From Azolla caroliniana (Eukaryota; Plantae; Polypodiophyta): a DNA stretch of 64,000 nucleotides. Location of the stretch: the NCBI GenBank assembly GCA_043228905.1, contig JBHGNT010000021.1, positions 1 through 64,000 on the forward strand, written 5' to 3'. Each line of letters begins with the position of its first letter. The stretch's first letter is position 1. A program made the translations under genes and the position numbers. Under the pieces are notes generated by a model. The model did not search any database. It was not told where the DNA came from and saw nothing but the letters and a program-made list of their open reading frames with translations. Below are positions 13,901 to 27,800 of this stretch, piece by piece.

Positions 13901-16900
13901 TCGTCATGTCTCTCGACCTGAGTTTCAAAATCTTGCTTTTTTAATTCCATATCATAGCTAGCGTTGTTAGCTTCGATTCGCATGTTTGAAGACAAAAATC
14001 CGATATCACACTCGCTAGGTATAACCATTTTAATTGACTCAAGGGCTCCTCTAAACTCACTCGTCAAGGTTGCTACTTTCGTCATGTCTCTCAACCTTTG
14101 TTTCAAAATCTTAATTTAGTAATTCCATATCATAGCTAGCATTGTTAGCTTCGATTCGCATGTTTGTACACGAAAATCCGATATCACACTCGCTAGGAAT
14201 GACCATTTTAATTTACTCAAGGGCTCCTCTCAACTCACTCCTCAAATTTGCTAATTTCGTCATGTCTCTCGACCTGAGTTTCAAAATCTTGATTTTTTAA
14301 TTCTATATCATAGCTAGCGTTGTTAGCTTCGATTCCAATGTTTGAACACAGAAATCCGATATCACACGAGCCAGGTATCAACATTTTAATTTACCTAATA
14401 GCTCTTCTTAACTCCCTCCTCAAATTTGGTAATTTCGTCATGTCTCTCGACCTGAGTTTCAAAATCTTGATTTTTTAACGCCATATCATAGCTAGCGTTG
14501 TTAGCTTCGATTCGCATGTTTGTACACAAAAATCCGATATCACACTCGCTAGGTATGACCATTTTAATTTACTCAAGGGCTCCTCTCAACTCACTCCTCA
14601 AATTTGGTAATTTCGTCATGTGTCTCGACCTGTGTTTCAAAATCTTGATTTTTCAATTCCATATCATAGCTAGCGTCGTTAGCTTGGATTCGCATGTTGG
14701 AACACAAAAATCCGATATCACACGAGCCAGGTATGAACATTTTAATTCACTCACGCGCTCTTCCAACCTCACTCCTCAAATTTGGTAATTTCATCATGTC
14801 TCTCGACTGGAGTTTCAAAATCTTGATTTTGTAATTCCATATCATAGCTAGGGTTGTTAGCTTCGATTCGCATGTTTGAACACAAAAATCCGATATGACA
14901 AGAACCAGGTATGAACATTGTAATTTACCTACTAGCTCTTCTCAACTCCCTCCTCAAATTTGGTAATTTCATCATGTCTCTCGACTGGAGTTTCAAAATC
15001 TTGATTTTGTAATTCCATATCATAGCTAGGGTTGTTAGCTTCGATTCGCATGTTTGAACACAAAAATCCGATATCACAGTCGCTAGGTATGAACATTTTA
15101 ATTTACTCAAGGGTTCCTCTCAACTCACTCCTCAAATTTGCTAATTTCGTCATGTCTCTCGACCTTAGTTTCAAAATCTTAATTTTTTAATTCGATATCA
15201 TAGCTAGCGTTGTTAGCTTCGATTCGCATGTTTGAACACAAAAACCCGATATCACAGTCGCTAGGTATGAACATTTTAATTTACTCAAGGGTTCCTCTCA
15301 ACTCACTCCTCAAATTTGCTAATTTCGTCATGTCTCTCGACCTGAGTTTCAAAATCTTGATTTTTTAATTCCATATCATAGCTAGCGTTGTTAGCTTCGA
15401 TTCGCATGCTTGAACACAAAAATCCGATATCACAGGAGCTAGGTATAACCATTTTAATTTACTCAAGGGCTCCTCTAAACTCACTCGTCAATGTTGCTAA
15501 TTTCGTCATGTCTCTCGACCTTAGTTTCAAAATCTTAATTTTTTAATTCCATATCATAGCTAGCATTGTTAGCTTCGATTCGCATGTTTGTACACAAAAA
15601 TCCGATATCACACGAGGTAGGTATGACCATTTTAATTTATTCAAGGGCTCCTCTCAACTCACTCCTCAAAGTTGGTAATTTCGTCATGTCTCTCGACCTG
15701 AGTTTCAAAATCTTGATTTTTTAAGACCATATCATAGCTAGCGTTGTTAGGTTTGATTCGCATGTTTGAACACAAAAATCCGATATCACACGAGCCAGGT
15801 ATGAACATTTTAATTCACTTACGCGCTCTTCCAACCTCACTCCTCAAATTTGGTAATTTCATCATGTCTCTCGACTGGAGTTTCAAAATCTTGATTTTGT
15901 AATTCCATATCATAGCTAGTGTTGTTAGCTTCGATTCGCATGTTTGAACACAAAAATCCGATATCAGAAGAACCAGGTATGAACATTGTAATTTACCTAC
16001 TAGCTCTTCTCAACTCCCTCCTCAAATTTGGAAATTTCGTCATGTCTCTCGACCTGAGTTTCAAAATCTTGATTTTTTAATTCCATATCATAACTAGCGT
16101 TGTTAGCTTCGATTCGCATGTTTGTACACAAAATTCCGATATCACACTCGCTAGGTATGAACATTTTAATTTACTCAAGGACTCCTCTCAACTCACTCCT
16201 CAAAGTTGGTAATTTCGTCATGTCTCTCGACCTGAGTTTCAAAATCTTGATATTTTAAGTCCATATCATAGCTAGCGTTGTTAGCTTCGATTCGCATGTT
16301 TGAACACAAAAATCCGATATCACACGAGCCAGGTATGAACATTTTAATTCACTCACGCGCTCTTCCAACCTCACTCCTCAAATTTGGTAATTTCGTCATG
16401 TCTCTCGCCTGGAGTTCAAAATCTTGATTTTTTAATTCCATATCATAGCTAGCGTTGTTAGCTTCGATTCGCATGTTTGACCACAAAAATCCGATATCAC
16501 ACGAGCTAGGTATGAACATTTTTATTTACTCAAGGGCTCCTCTCAACTCCCTCGTCAAGGTTGCTAATTTCGTCATGTCTCTCGACCTGAGTTTCAAAAT
16601 CTTGATTTTTTAATTCCATATCATAGCTAGCGTTGTTAGCTTCGATTCGCATGTTTGTACACAAAAATCCGATATCACGCTCGCTAGGTATGAACATTTT
16701 AATTTAGTCAAGGGCTCCTCTCAACTCACTCCTCAAATTTGCTAATTTCGTCATGCCTCTCGACCTGATTTTCAAAATCTTGATTTTTTAATTCCATATC
16801 ATAGCTAGCGTTGTTAGCTTCGATTCGCATGTTTGTACACAAAATTCCGATATCACACGAGCCAGGTATCAACATTGTAATTTACCTAATAGCTCTTCTT

Positions 16901-19900
16901 AACTCCCTCCTCAAATTTGGAAATTTCGTCATGTCTCTCGACCTGAATTACAAAAACTTGATTTTTTAATTCCATATCATAGCTAGCGTTGTTAGCTTCT
17001 ATTCGCATGTTTGAACACAAAAATCCGATATCACACTCGCTAGGTATGACCATTTTAATTTACTCAAGGGCTCCTCTCAACTCACTCCTCAAAGTTGGTA
17101 ATTTCGTCATGTCTCTCGACCTGAGTTTCAAAATCTTGATTTTTTAAGACCATATCATAGCTAGCGTTGTTAGCTTCGATTCCAATGTTTGAACACAAAA
17201 ATCCGATATCACACGAGCCAGGTATCAACATTGTAATTTACCTAATAGCTCTTCTTAACTCCCTCCTCAAATTTGGAAATTTCGTCATGTCTCTCGACCT
17301 GAATTACAAAAACTTGATTTTTTAATTCCATATCATAGCTAGCGTTGTTAGCTTCTATTCGCATGTTTGAACACAAAAATCCGATATCACGCTCGCTAGG
17401 TATGAACATTTTAATTTAGTCAAGGGCTCCTCTCAACTCACTCCTCAAATTTGCTAATTTCGTCATGCCTCTCGACCTGATTTTCAAAATCTTGATTTTT
17501 TAATTCCATATCATAGCTAGCGTTGTTAGCTTCGATTCGCATGTTTGAACACAAAAATCCGATATCACACGAGCTAGGTATAACCATTTTAATTTACTCA
17601 AGGGATCCTCTAAACTCACTCGTCAAGGTTGCTAATTTCGTCATGTCTCTCGACCTTAGTTTCAAAATCTTAATTTTTTAATTCCATATCATAGCTAGCA
17701 TTGTTAGCTTCGATTCGCATGTTTGTACACAAAAATCCGATATCACACGAGCTAGGTATGACCATTTTAATTTACTCAAGGGCTCCTCTCAACTCACTCC
17801 TCAAATTTGGTAATTTCATCATGTCTCTCGACTGGAGTTTCAAAATCTTGATTTTGTAATTCCATATCATAGCTAGTGTTGTTAGCTTCGATTCGCATGT
17901 TTGAACACAGAAATCCGATATCACAAGAACCAGGTATGAACATTGTAATTTACCTACTAGCTCTTCTTAACTCCCTCCTCAAATTTGGAAATTTCGTCAT
18001 GTCTCTCGACCTGAATTACAAAAACTTGATTTTTTAATTCCATATCATAGCTAGCGTTGTTAGCTTCTATTCGCATGTTTGAACACAAAAATCCAATATC
18101 ACGCTCGCTAGGTATGAACATTTTAATTTAGTCAAGGGCTCCTCTCAACTCACTCCTCAAATTTGCTAATTTCGTCATGCCTCTCGACCTGATTTTCAAA
18201 ATCTTGATTTTTTAATTCCATATCATAGCTAGCGTTGTTAGCTTCGATTCGCATGTTTGAACACAAAAATCCGATATCACACGAGCTAGGTATAACCATT
18301 TTAATTTACTCAAGGGATCCTCTAAACTCACTCATCAAGGTTGCTAATTTCGTCAGGTCTCTCGACCTTAGTTTCAAAATCTTAATTTTTTAATTCCATA
18401 TCATAGCTAGCATTGTTAGCTTCGATTCGCATGTTTGTACACAAAAATCCGATATCACACGAGCTAGGTATGACCATTTTAATTTACTCAAGGGCTCCTC
18501 TCAACTCACTCCTCAAATTTGGTAATTTCATCATGTCTCTCGACCTGAGTTTCAAAATCTTGCTTTTTTAATTCCATATCATAGCTAGCGTTGTTAGCTT
18601 CGATTCGCATGTTTGAAGACAAAAATCCGATATCACACTCGCTAGGTATAACCATTTTAATTGACTCAAGGGCTCCTCTAAACTCACTCGTCAAGGTTGC
18701 TACTTTCGTCATGTCTCTCAACCTTTGTTTCAAAATCTTAATTTAGTAATTCCATATCATAGCTAGCATTGTTAGCTTCGATTCGCATGTTTGTACACGA
18801 AAATCCGATATCACACTCGCTAGGAATGACCATTTTAATTTACTCAAGGGCTCCTCTCAACTCACTCCTCAAATTTGCTAATTTCGTCATGTCTCTCGAC
18901 CGGAGTTTCAAAATCTTGATTTTTTAATTCTATATCATAGCTAGCGTTGTTAGCTTCGATTCCAATGTTTGAACACAGAAATCCGATATCACACGAGCCA
19001 GGTATCAACATTTTAATTTACCTAATAGCTCTTCTTAACTCCCTCCTCAAATTTGGTAATTTCGTCATGTCTCTCGACCTGAGTTTCAACATCTTGATTT
19101 TTTAACTCCATATCATAGCTAGCGTTGTTAGCTTCGATTCGCATGTTTGTACACAAAAATCCGATATCACACTCGCTAGGTATGACCATTTTAATTTACT
19201 CAAGGGCTCCTCTCAACTCACTCCTCAAATTTGGTAATTTCGTCATGTGTCTCGACCTGTGTTTCAAAATCTTGATTTTTCAATTCCATATCATAGCTAG
19301 CGTCGTTAGCTTGGATTCGCATGTTGGAACACAGAAATCCGATATCACACGAGCCAGGTATGAACATTTTAATTCACTCACGCGCTCTTCCAACCTCACT
19401 CCTCAAATTTGGTAATTTCATCATGTCTCTCGACTGGAGTTTCAAAATCTTGATTTTGTAATTCCATATCATAGCTAGTGTTGTTAGCTTCGATTCGCAT
19501 GTTTGAACACAAAAATCCGATATCACAAGAACCAGGTATGAAAATTGTAATTTACCTACTAGCTCTTCTCAACTCCCTCCTCAAATTTGGTAATTTCGTC
19601 ATGTCTCTCGACTGGAGTTTCAAAATCTTGATTTTGTAATTCCATATCATAGCTAGGGTTGTTAGCTTCGATTCGCATGTTTGAACACAAAAATCCGATA
19701 TCACAGTCGCTAGGTATGAACATTTTAATTTACTCAAGGGTTCCTCTCAACTCACTCCTCAAATTTGCTAATTTCGTCATGTCTCTCGACCTTAGTTTCA
19801 AAATCTTAATTTTTTAATTCGATATCATAGCTAGCGTTGTTAGCTTCGATTCGCATGTTTGAACACAAAAATCCGATATCACAGTCGCTAGGTATGAACA

Positions 19901-22900
19901 TTTTAATTTACTCAAGGGTTCCTCTCAACTCACTCCTCAAATTTGCTAATTTCGTCATTTCTCTCGACCTGAGTTTCAAAATCTTGATTTTTTAATTCCA
20001 TATCATAGCTAGCGTTGTTAGCTTCGATTCGCATGTTTGAACACAAAAATCCGATATCACAGGAGCTAGGTATAACCATTTTAATTTACTCAAGGGCTCC
20101 TCTAAACTCACTCGTCAATGTTGCTAATTTCGTCATGTCTCTCGACCTTAGTTTCAAAATCTTAATTTTTTAATTCCATATCATAGCTAGCATTGTTAGC
20201 TTCGATTCGCATGTTTGTACACAAAAATCCGATATCACACGAGCTAGGTATGACCATTTTAATTTATTCAAGGGCTCCTCTCAACTCACTCCTCAAAGTT
20301 GGTAATTTCGTCATGTCTCTCGACCTTAGTTTCAAAATCTTGATTTTTTAAGACCATATCATAGCTAGCGTTGTTAGGTTTGATTCGCATGTTTGAACAC
20401 AAAAATCCGATATCACACGAGCCAGGTATGAACATTTTAATTCACTTACGCGCTCTTCCAACCTCACTCCTCAAATTTGGTAATTTCATCATGTCTCTCG
20501 ACTGGAGTTTCAAAATCTTGATTTTGTAATTCCATATCATAGCTAGTGTTGTTAGCTTCGATTCGCATGTTTGAACACAAAAATCCGATATCACAAGAAC
20601 CAGGTATGAACATTGTAATTTACCTACTAGCTCTTCTCAACTCCCTCCTCAAATTTGGAAATTTCGTCATGTCTCTCGACCTGAGTTTCAAAATCTTGAT
20701 TTTTTAATTCCATATCATAGCTAGCGTTGTTAGCTTCGAATCGCATGTTTGTACACAAAATTCCGATATCACACTCGCTAGGTATGAACATTTTAATTTA
20801 CTCAAGGACTCCTCTCAACTCACTCCTCAAAGTTGGTAATTTCGTCATGTCTCTCGACCTGAGTTTCAAAATCTTGGTATTTTAAGTCCATATCATAGCT
20901 AGCGTTGTTAGCTTCGATTCGCATGTTTGAACACAAAAATCCGATATCACACTCGCTAGGTATGACCATTTTAATTTACTCAAGGGCTCCTCTCAACTCA
21001 CTCCTCAAATTTGCTAATTTTGTCATGTCTCTCGACCTGAGTTTCAAAATCTTGATTTTTCAATTCCATATCATAGCTAGCGTTTTTAGCTTCGATTCGC
21101 ATGTTTGTACACAAAAATCCGATATCACACTCGCTAGGTATGACCATTTTAATTTACTCAAGGGCTCCTCTCAACTCACTCCTCAAATTTGCTAATTTCG
21201 TCATGTCTCTCGACCTTAGTTTCAAAATCTTGATTTTTTAATTCCATATCATAGCTAGCGTTGTTAGCTTCGATTCGCATGTTTGAACAAAAAATTCCGA
21301 TATCACACGAGCTAGGTATGAACATTTTTATTTACTCAAGGGCTCCTCTCAACGCCCTTGTCAAGGTTGCTAATTTCGTGATGTCTCTCGACCTGAGTTT
21401 CAAAATCTTGATTTTTTAATTCCATATCATAGCTAGCGTTGTTAGCTTCGATTGACATGTTTGAACACAAAAATCCGATATCACGCTCGCTAGGTATGAA
21501 CATTTTAATTTACTCAAGGGCTCCTCTCAACTCCCTTGTCAAGGTTGCTAATTTCGTCATGTCTCTCGACCTCAGTTTCAAAATCTTGATTTTTTAATTC
21601 CATATCATAGCTAGCGTTGTTAGCTTCGATTCGTATGTTTGAACACAAAAATCCGATATCACGGTCGCTAGGTATGAACATTTTAATTTACTCAAGGGCT
21701 CCTCTCAACTCCCTCGTCAAGGTTGCTAATTTCGTCATGTCCCTCGACATGATTTTCAAAATCTTGATTTTTTAATTCCATATCATAGCTAGCGTTGTTA
21801 GCTTCAATTCGCATGTTTGAACACAAAAATCCGATATCACACGAGCCAGGTATGAACATTTTAATTCACTCACGCGCTCTTCCAACCTCACTCCTCAAAT
21901 TTGGTAATTTCGTCATGTCTCTCGCCTGGAGTTTCAAAATCTTGATTTTTTAATTCCATATCATAGCTAGCGTTGTTAGCTTCGATTCGCATGTTTGACC
22001 ACAAAAATCCGATATGACACGAGCTAGGTATGAACATTTTTATTTACTCAAGGGCTCCTCTCAACTCCCTCGTCAAGGTTGCTAATTTCGTCATGTCTCT
22101 CGACCTGAGTTTCAAAATCTTGATTTTTTAATTCCATATCATAGCTAGCGTTGTTAGCTTCGATTCCCATGTTTGTACACAAAAATCCGATATCACGCTC
22201 GCTAGGTATGAACATTTTAATTTAGTCAAGGGCTCCTCTCAACTCACTCCTCAAATTTGCTAATTTCGTCATGCCTCTCGACCTGATTTTCAAAATCTTG
22301 ATTTTTTAATTCCATATCATAGCTAGCGTTGTTAGCTTCGATTCGCATGTTTGTACACAAAATTCCGATATCACACGAGCCAGGTATCAACATTGTAATT
22401 TACCTAATAGCTCTTCTTAACTCCCTCCTCAAATTTGGAAATTTCGTCATGTCTCTCGACCTGAATTACAAAAACTTGATTTTTTAATTCCATATCATAG
22501 CTAGCGTTGTTAGCTTCTATTCGCATGTTTGAACACAAAAATCCGATATCACACTCGCTAGGTATGACCATTTTAATTTAGTCAAGGGCTCCTCTCAACT
22601 CACTCCTCAAATTTGCTAATTTCGTCATGCCTCTCGACCTGATTTTCAAAATCTTGATTTTTTAATTCCATATCATAGCTAGCGTTGTTAGCTTCGATTC
22701 GCATGTTTGAACACAAAAATCTGATATCACACGAGCTAGGTATAACCATTTTAATTTACTCAAGGGATCCTCTAAACTCACTCGTCAAGGTTGCTAATTT
22801 CGTCATGTCTCTCGACCTTAGTTTCAAAATCTTAATTTTTTAATTCCATATCATAGCTAGCATTGTTAGCTTCGATTCGCATGTTTGTACACAAAAATCC

Positions 22901-23260
22901 GATATCACACGAGCTAGGTATGACCATTTTAATTTACTCAAGGGCTCCTCTCAACTCACTCCTCAAATTTGGTAATTTCATCATGTCTCTCGACTGGAGT
23001 TTCAAAATCTTGATTTTGTAATTCCATATCATAGCTAGTGTTGTTAGCTTCGATTCTCATGTTTGAACACAGAAATCCGATATCACAAGAACCAGGTATG
23101 AACATTGTAATTTACCTACTAGCTCTTCTTAACTCCCTCCTCAAATTTGGAAATTTCGTCATGTCTCTCGACCTGAATTACAAAAACTTGATTTTTTAAT
23201 TCCATATCATAGCTAGCGTTGTTAGCTTCTATTCGCATGTTTGAACACAAAAATCCGATA
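10980..23260 (+). repeat. Large nested duplication (26-32 monomers) containing the 4-mer HOR in 3, 2 and 1 copies
   Basis: ORF pairs 13879/18506, 14498/19125 and 14925/19552 are offset by 4627 (26x178-1). GGATCC 11908/17603 is offset by 5695 (32x178-1). A partial third copy is marked by CGCCTGGAG 16406/21923 and GGATCC 22765. Boundaries are approximate. Confidence 0.8.
11600..13770 (+). repeat. 4-monomer higher-order repeat, period 712 bp, 3 copies
   Basis: The GGATCC variant lies at 11908, 12620 and 13332. GAATTACAAAAAC lies at ~11606, 12318, 13030 and 13742. Confidence 0.9.
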
Positions 23261-23396
23261 TCACACTCGCTAGGTATGACCATTTTAATTTACTCAAGGG
23301 CTCCTCTCAACTCACTCCTCAAATTTGCTAATTTCGTCATGTCTCTCGACCTTAGTTTCAAAATCTTGATTTTTTAATTCCATATCATAGCTAGCG

Positions 23397-24775
23397 TTGT
23401 TAGCTTCGATTCGCATGTTTGAACACAAAAATCCGATATCACACGAGCTAGGTATGAACATTTTTATTTACTCAAGGGATACTCTCAACTCCCTCGTCAA
23501 GGTTGCTAATTTCGTCATGTCTCTCGACCTGCTAGCTTCAATTCGCATGTTTGAACACAAAAATCCGATATCACACGAGCAAGGTATGAACATTTTAATT
23601 CACTCACACGCTCTTCCAACCTCACTCCTCAAATTTGGTAATTTCATCATGTCTCTCGACTGGAGTTTCAAAATCTTGATTTTGTAATTCCATATCATAG
23701 CTAGTGTTGTTAGCTTCGATTCGCATGTTTGAACACAGAAATCCGATATCACAAGAACCAGGTATGAACATTGTAATTTACCTACTAGCTCTTCTCAACT
23801 CCCTCCTCAAATTTGGAAATTTCGTCATGTCTCTCGACCTGAGTTTCAAAATCTTGATATTTTAATTCCATATCATAGCTAGCGTTGTTAGCTTCTATTC
23901 GCATGTTTGAACACAAAAATCCGATATCACACTCGCTAGGTATGACCATTTTAATTTACTCAAGGGCTCCTCTCAACTCACTCCTCAAATTTGCTAATTT
24001 CGTCATGTCTCTCGACCTGAGTTTCAAAATCTTGATTTTTCAATTCCATATCATAGCTAGCGTTTTTAGCTTCGATTCGCATGTTTGTACACAAAAATCC
24101 GATATCACACTCGCTAGGTATGACCATTTTAATTTACTCAAGGGCTCCTCTCAACTCACTCCTCAAATTTGCTAATTTCGTCATGTCTCTCGACCTGAGT
24201 TTCAAAATCTTGATTTTTTAGTTCCATATCATAGCTAGCGTTGTTAGCTTCGATTCGCATGTTTGAACACAAAAATCCGATATCACACTCGCTAGGTATG
24301 ACCATTTTAATTTACTCAAGGGCTCCTCTCAACTCACTCCTCAAATTTGCTAATTTCGTCATGTCTCTCGACATGAGTTTCAAAATCTTGATTTTTTAAT
24401 TCCATATCATAGCTAGCGTTGTTAGCTTCGATTCGCATGTTTGAACACAAAAATCCGATATCACACGAGCTAGGTATGAACATTTTTATTTACTCAAGGG
24501 CTACTCTCAACTCCCTCGTCAAGGTTGCTAATTTCGTCATGTCTCTCGACCTGTTAGCTTCAATTCGCATGTTTGAACACAAAAATCCGATATCACACGA
24601 GCAAGGTATGAACATTTTAATTCACTCACACGCTCTTCCAACCTCACTCCTCAAATTTGGTAATTTCATCATGTCTCTCGACTGGAGTTTCAAAATCTTG
24701 ATTTTGTAATTCCATATCATAGCTAGTGTTGTTAGCTTCGATTCGCATGTTTGAACACAGAAATCCGATATCACG
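23397..24775 (+). repeat. 6-monomer duplication (1022 bp) carrying a 46-bp-deleted 132-bp monomer
   Basis: CTCGACCTG is joined directly to (C/T)TAGCTTCAA at ~23531 and ~24553. ORFs 23397/24419 are offset by 1022 (6x178-46). Confidence 0.88.
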
Positions 24776-24899
24776 CTCGCTAGGTATGAACATTTTAATT
24801 TACTCAAGGGCTCCTCTCAACTCCCTTGTCAAGGTTGCTAATTTCGTCATGTCTCTCGACCTCAGTTTCAAAATCTTGATTTTTTAATTCCATATCATA

Positions 24900-27800
24900 G
24901 CTAGCGTTGTTAGCTTCGATTCGCATGTTTGAAGACAAAAATCCAATATCACGGTCGCTAGGTATGAACATTTTAATTTACTCAAGGGCTCCTCTCAACT
25001 CCCTCGTCAAGGTTGCTAATTTCGTCATGTCTCTCGCCATGAGTTTCAAAATCTTGATTTTTTAATTCCATATCATAGCTAGCGTTGTTAGCTTCGTTTC
25101 GCATGATTGAACACAAAAATCCGATATCACGCTCGCTAGGTATGAACATTTTAATTTACTCAAGGGCTCCTCTCAACTCACTCCTCATATTTGCTAATTT
25201 CGTCATGCCTCTCGACCTGATTTTCAAAATCTTGATTTTTTAATTCCATATCATAGCTAGCGTTGTTAGCTTCAATTCGCATGTTTGAACACAAAAATCC
25301 GATATCACACGAGCCAGGTATGAACATTTTAATTCACTCACGCGCTCTTCCAACCTCACTCCTCAAATTTGGTAATTTCGTCATGTCTCTCGACTGGAGT
25401 TTCAAAATCTTGATTTTGTAATTCCATATCATAGCTAGCGTTGTTAGCTTCGATTCGCATGTTTGAACACAAAAATCCGATATCACACGAACCAGGTATG
25501 AACATTGTAATTTACCTACTAGCTCTTCTCAACTCCCTCCTCAAATTTGGAAATTTCGTCATGTCTCTCGACCTGAGTTTCAAAATCTTGTTTTTATAAT
25601 TCCATATCATAGCGCTTCGATTCGCATGTTTCTACACGAAATTCCGATATCACACTCGCTAGGTATGAACATTTTAATTTACTCAAGGGCTCCTCTCAAC
25701 TCACTCCTCAAATTTGCTAATTTCGTCATGTCTCTCGACCTGAGTTTCAAAATCTTGCTTTTTTAATTCCATATCATAGCTAGCGTTGTTAGGTTCGATT
25801 CGCATGTTTGAACACAAAAATCCGATATCACACTCGCTAGGTATGAACATTTTAATTTACTCAAGGGCCCCTCTCAACTCCTTCCTCAAATTTGGTAATT
25901 TCGTCATGTCTCTCGACCTCAGTTTCAAAATCTTGATTTTTTAATTCCATATCATAGCTAGCGTTGTTAGCTTCGATTCGCATGTTTGTACACAAAAATC
26001 CGATATCACACTCGCTAGGTATGACCATTTTAATTTACTCAAGGGCTCCTCTCAACTCACTCCTCAAATTTGGTAATTTCGTCATGTGTCTCGACCTGTG
26101 TTTCAAAATCTTGATTTTTTAATTCCATATCATAGCACTTCGATTCGCATGTTTGTACACGAAATTCCGATATCACACTCGCTAGGTATGAACATTTTAA
26201 TTTACTCAAGGGCTCCTCTCAACTCACTCCTCAAATTTGCTAATTTCGTCATGTCTCTCGACCTGAGTTTCAAAATCTTGCTTTTTTAATTCCATATCAT
26301 AGCTAGCGTTGTTAGGTTCGATTCGGATGTTTGAACACAAAAATCCGATATCACACTCGCTAGGTATGAACATTTTAATTTACTTAAGGGCCCCTCTCAA
26401 CTCCCTCCTCAAATTTGGTAATTTCGTCATGTGTCTCGACCTCAGTTTCAAAATCTTGATTTTTTAATTCCATATCATAGCTAGCGTTGTTAGCTTCGAT
26501 TCGCATATTTGTACACAAAAATCCGATATCACACTCGCTAGGTATGACCATTTTAATTTACTCAAGGGCTCCTCTCAACTCACTCCTCAAATTTGGTAAT
26601 TTCGTCATGTGTCTCGACCTGTGTTTCAAAATCTTGATTTTTCAATTCCATATCATAGCTAGCGTCGTTAGCTTCGATTCGCATATTTGAACACAAAAAT
26701 CCGATATCACACGAGCCAGGTATGAACATTTTAATTCACTCACGCGCTCTTCCAACCTCACTCCTCAAATTTGGTAATTTCATCATGTCTCTCGACTGGA
26801 GTTTCAAAATCTTGATTTTGTAATTCCATATCATAGCTAGTGTTGTTAGCTTCGATTCGCATGTTTGAACACAGATATCCGATATCACAAGAACCAGGTA
26901 TGAACATTGTAATTTACCTACTAGCTCTTCTTAACTCCCTCCTCAAATTTGGAAATTTCGTCATGTCTCTCGACCTGAGTTTCAAAATCTTGATTTTTTA
27001 ATTCCATATCATAGCTAGCGTTGTTAGCTTCTATTCGCATGTTTGAACACAAAAATCCGATATCACACTCGCTAGGTATGACCATTTTAATTTACTCAAG
27101 GGCTCCTCTCAACTCACTCCTCAAATTTACTAATTTCGTCATGTCTCTCGACCTTAGTTTCAAAATCTTGATTTTTTAATTCCATATCATAGCTAGCGTT
27201 GTTAGCTTCAATTCGCATGTTTGAACACAAAAATCCGATATCATACGAGCCAGGTATGAACATTTTAATTCACTCACGCGCTCTTCCAACCTCACTCCTC
27301 AAATTTGGTAATTTCGTCATGTCTCTCGACTGGAGTTTCAAAATCTTGATTTTGTAATTCCATATCATAGCTAGCGTTGTTAGCTTCGATTCGCATGTTT
27401 GAACACAAAAATCCGATATCACACGAACCAGGTATGAACATTGTAATTTACCTACTAGCTCTTCTCAACTCCCTCCTCAAATTTGGAAATTTCGTCATGT
27501 CTCTCGACCTGAGTTTCAAAATCTTGATTTTATAATTCCATATCATAGCTAGCGTTGTTAGCTTCGATTCGCATGTTTGTACACGAAATTCCGATATCAC
27601 ACTCGCTAGGTATGAACATTTTAATTTACTCAAGGGCTCCTCTCAACTCACTCCTCAAATTTGCTAATTTCGTCATGTCTCTCGACCTGAGTTTCAAAAT
27701 CTTGATTTTTTAATTCCATATCATAGCTAGCGTTGTTAGGTTCGATTTGCATGTTTGAACAACAAAATCCGATATCACACTCGCTAGGTATGAACATTTT

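Noticed and set aside
25090-25110. CENP-B box at the CTTCGTTTCGCATG variant
   Set aside because: It matches the TTCG start only and lacks the required A and CGGG of nTTCGnnnnAnnCGGGn.
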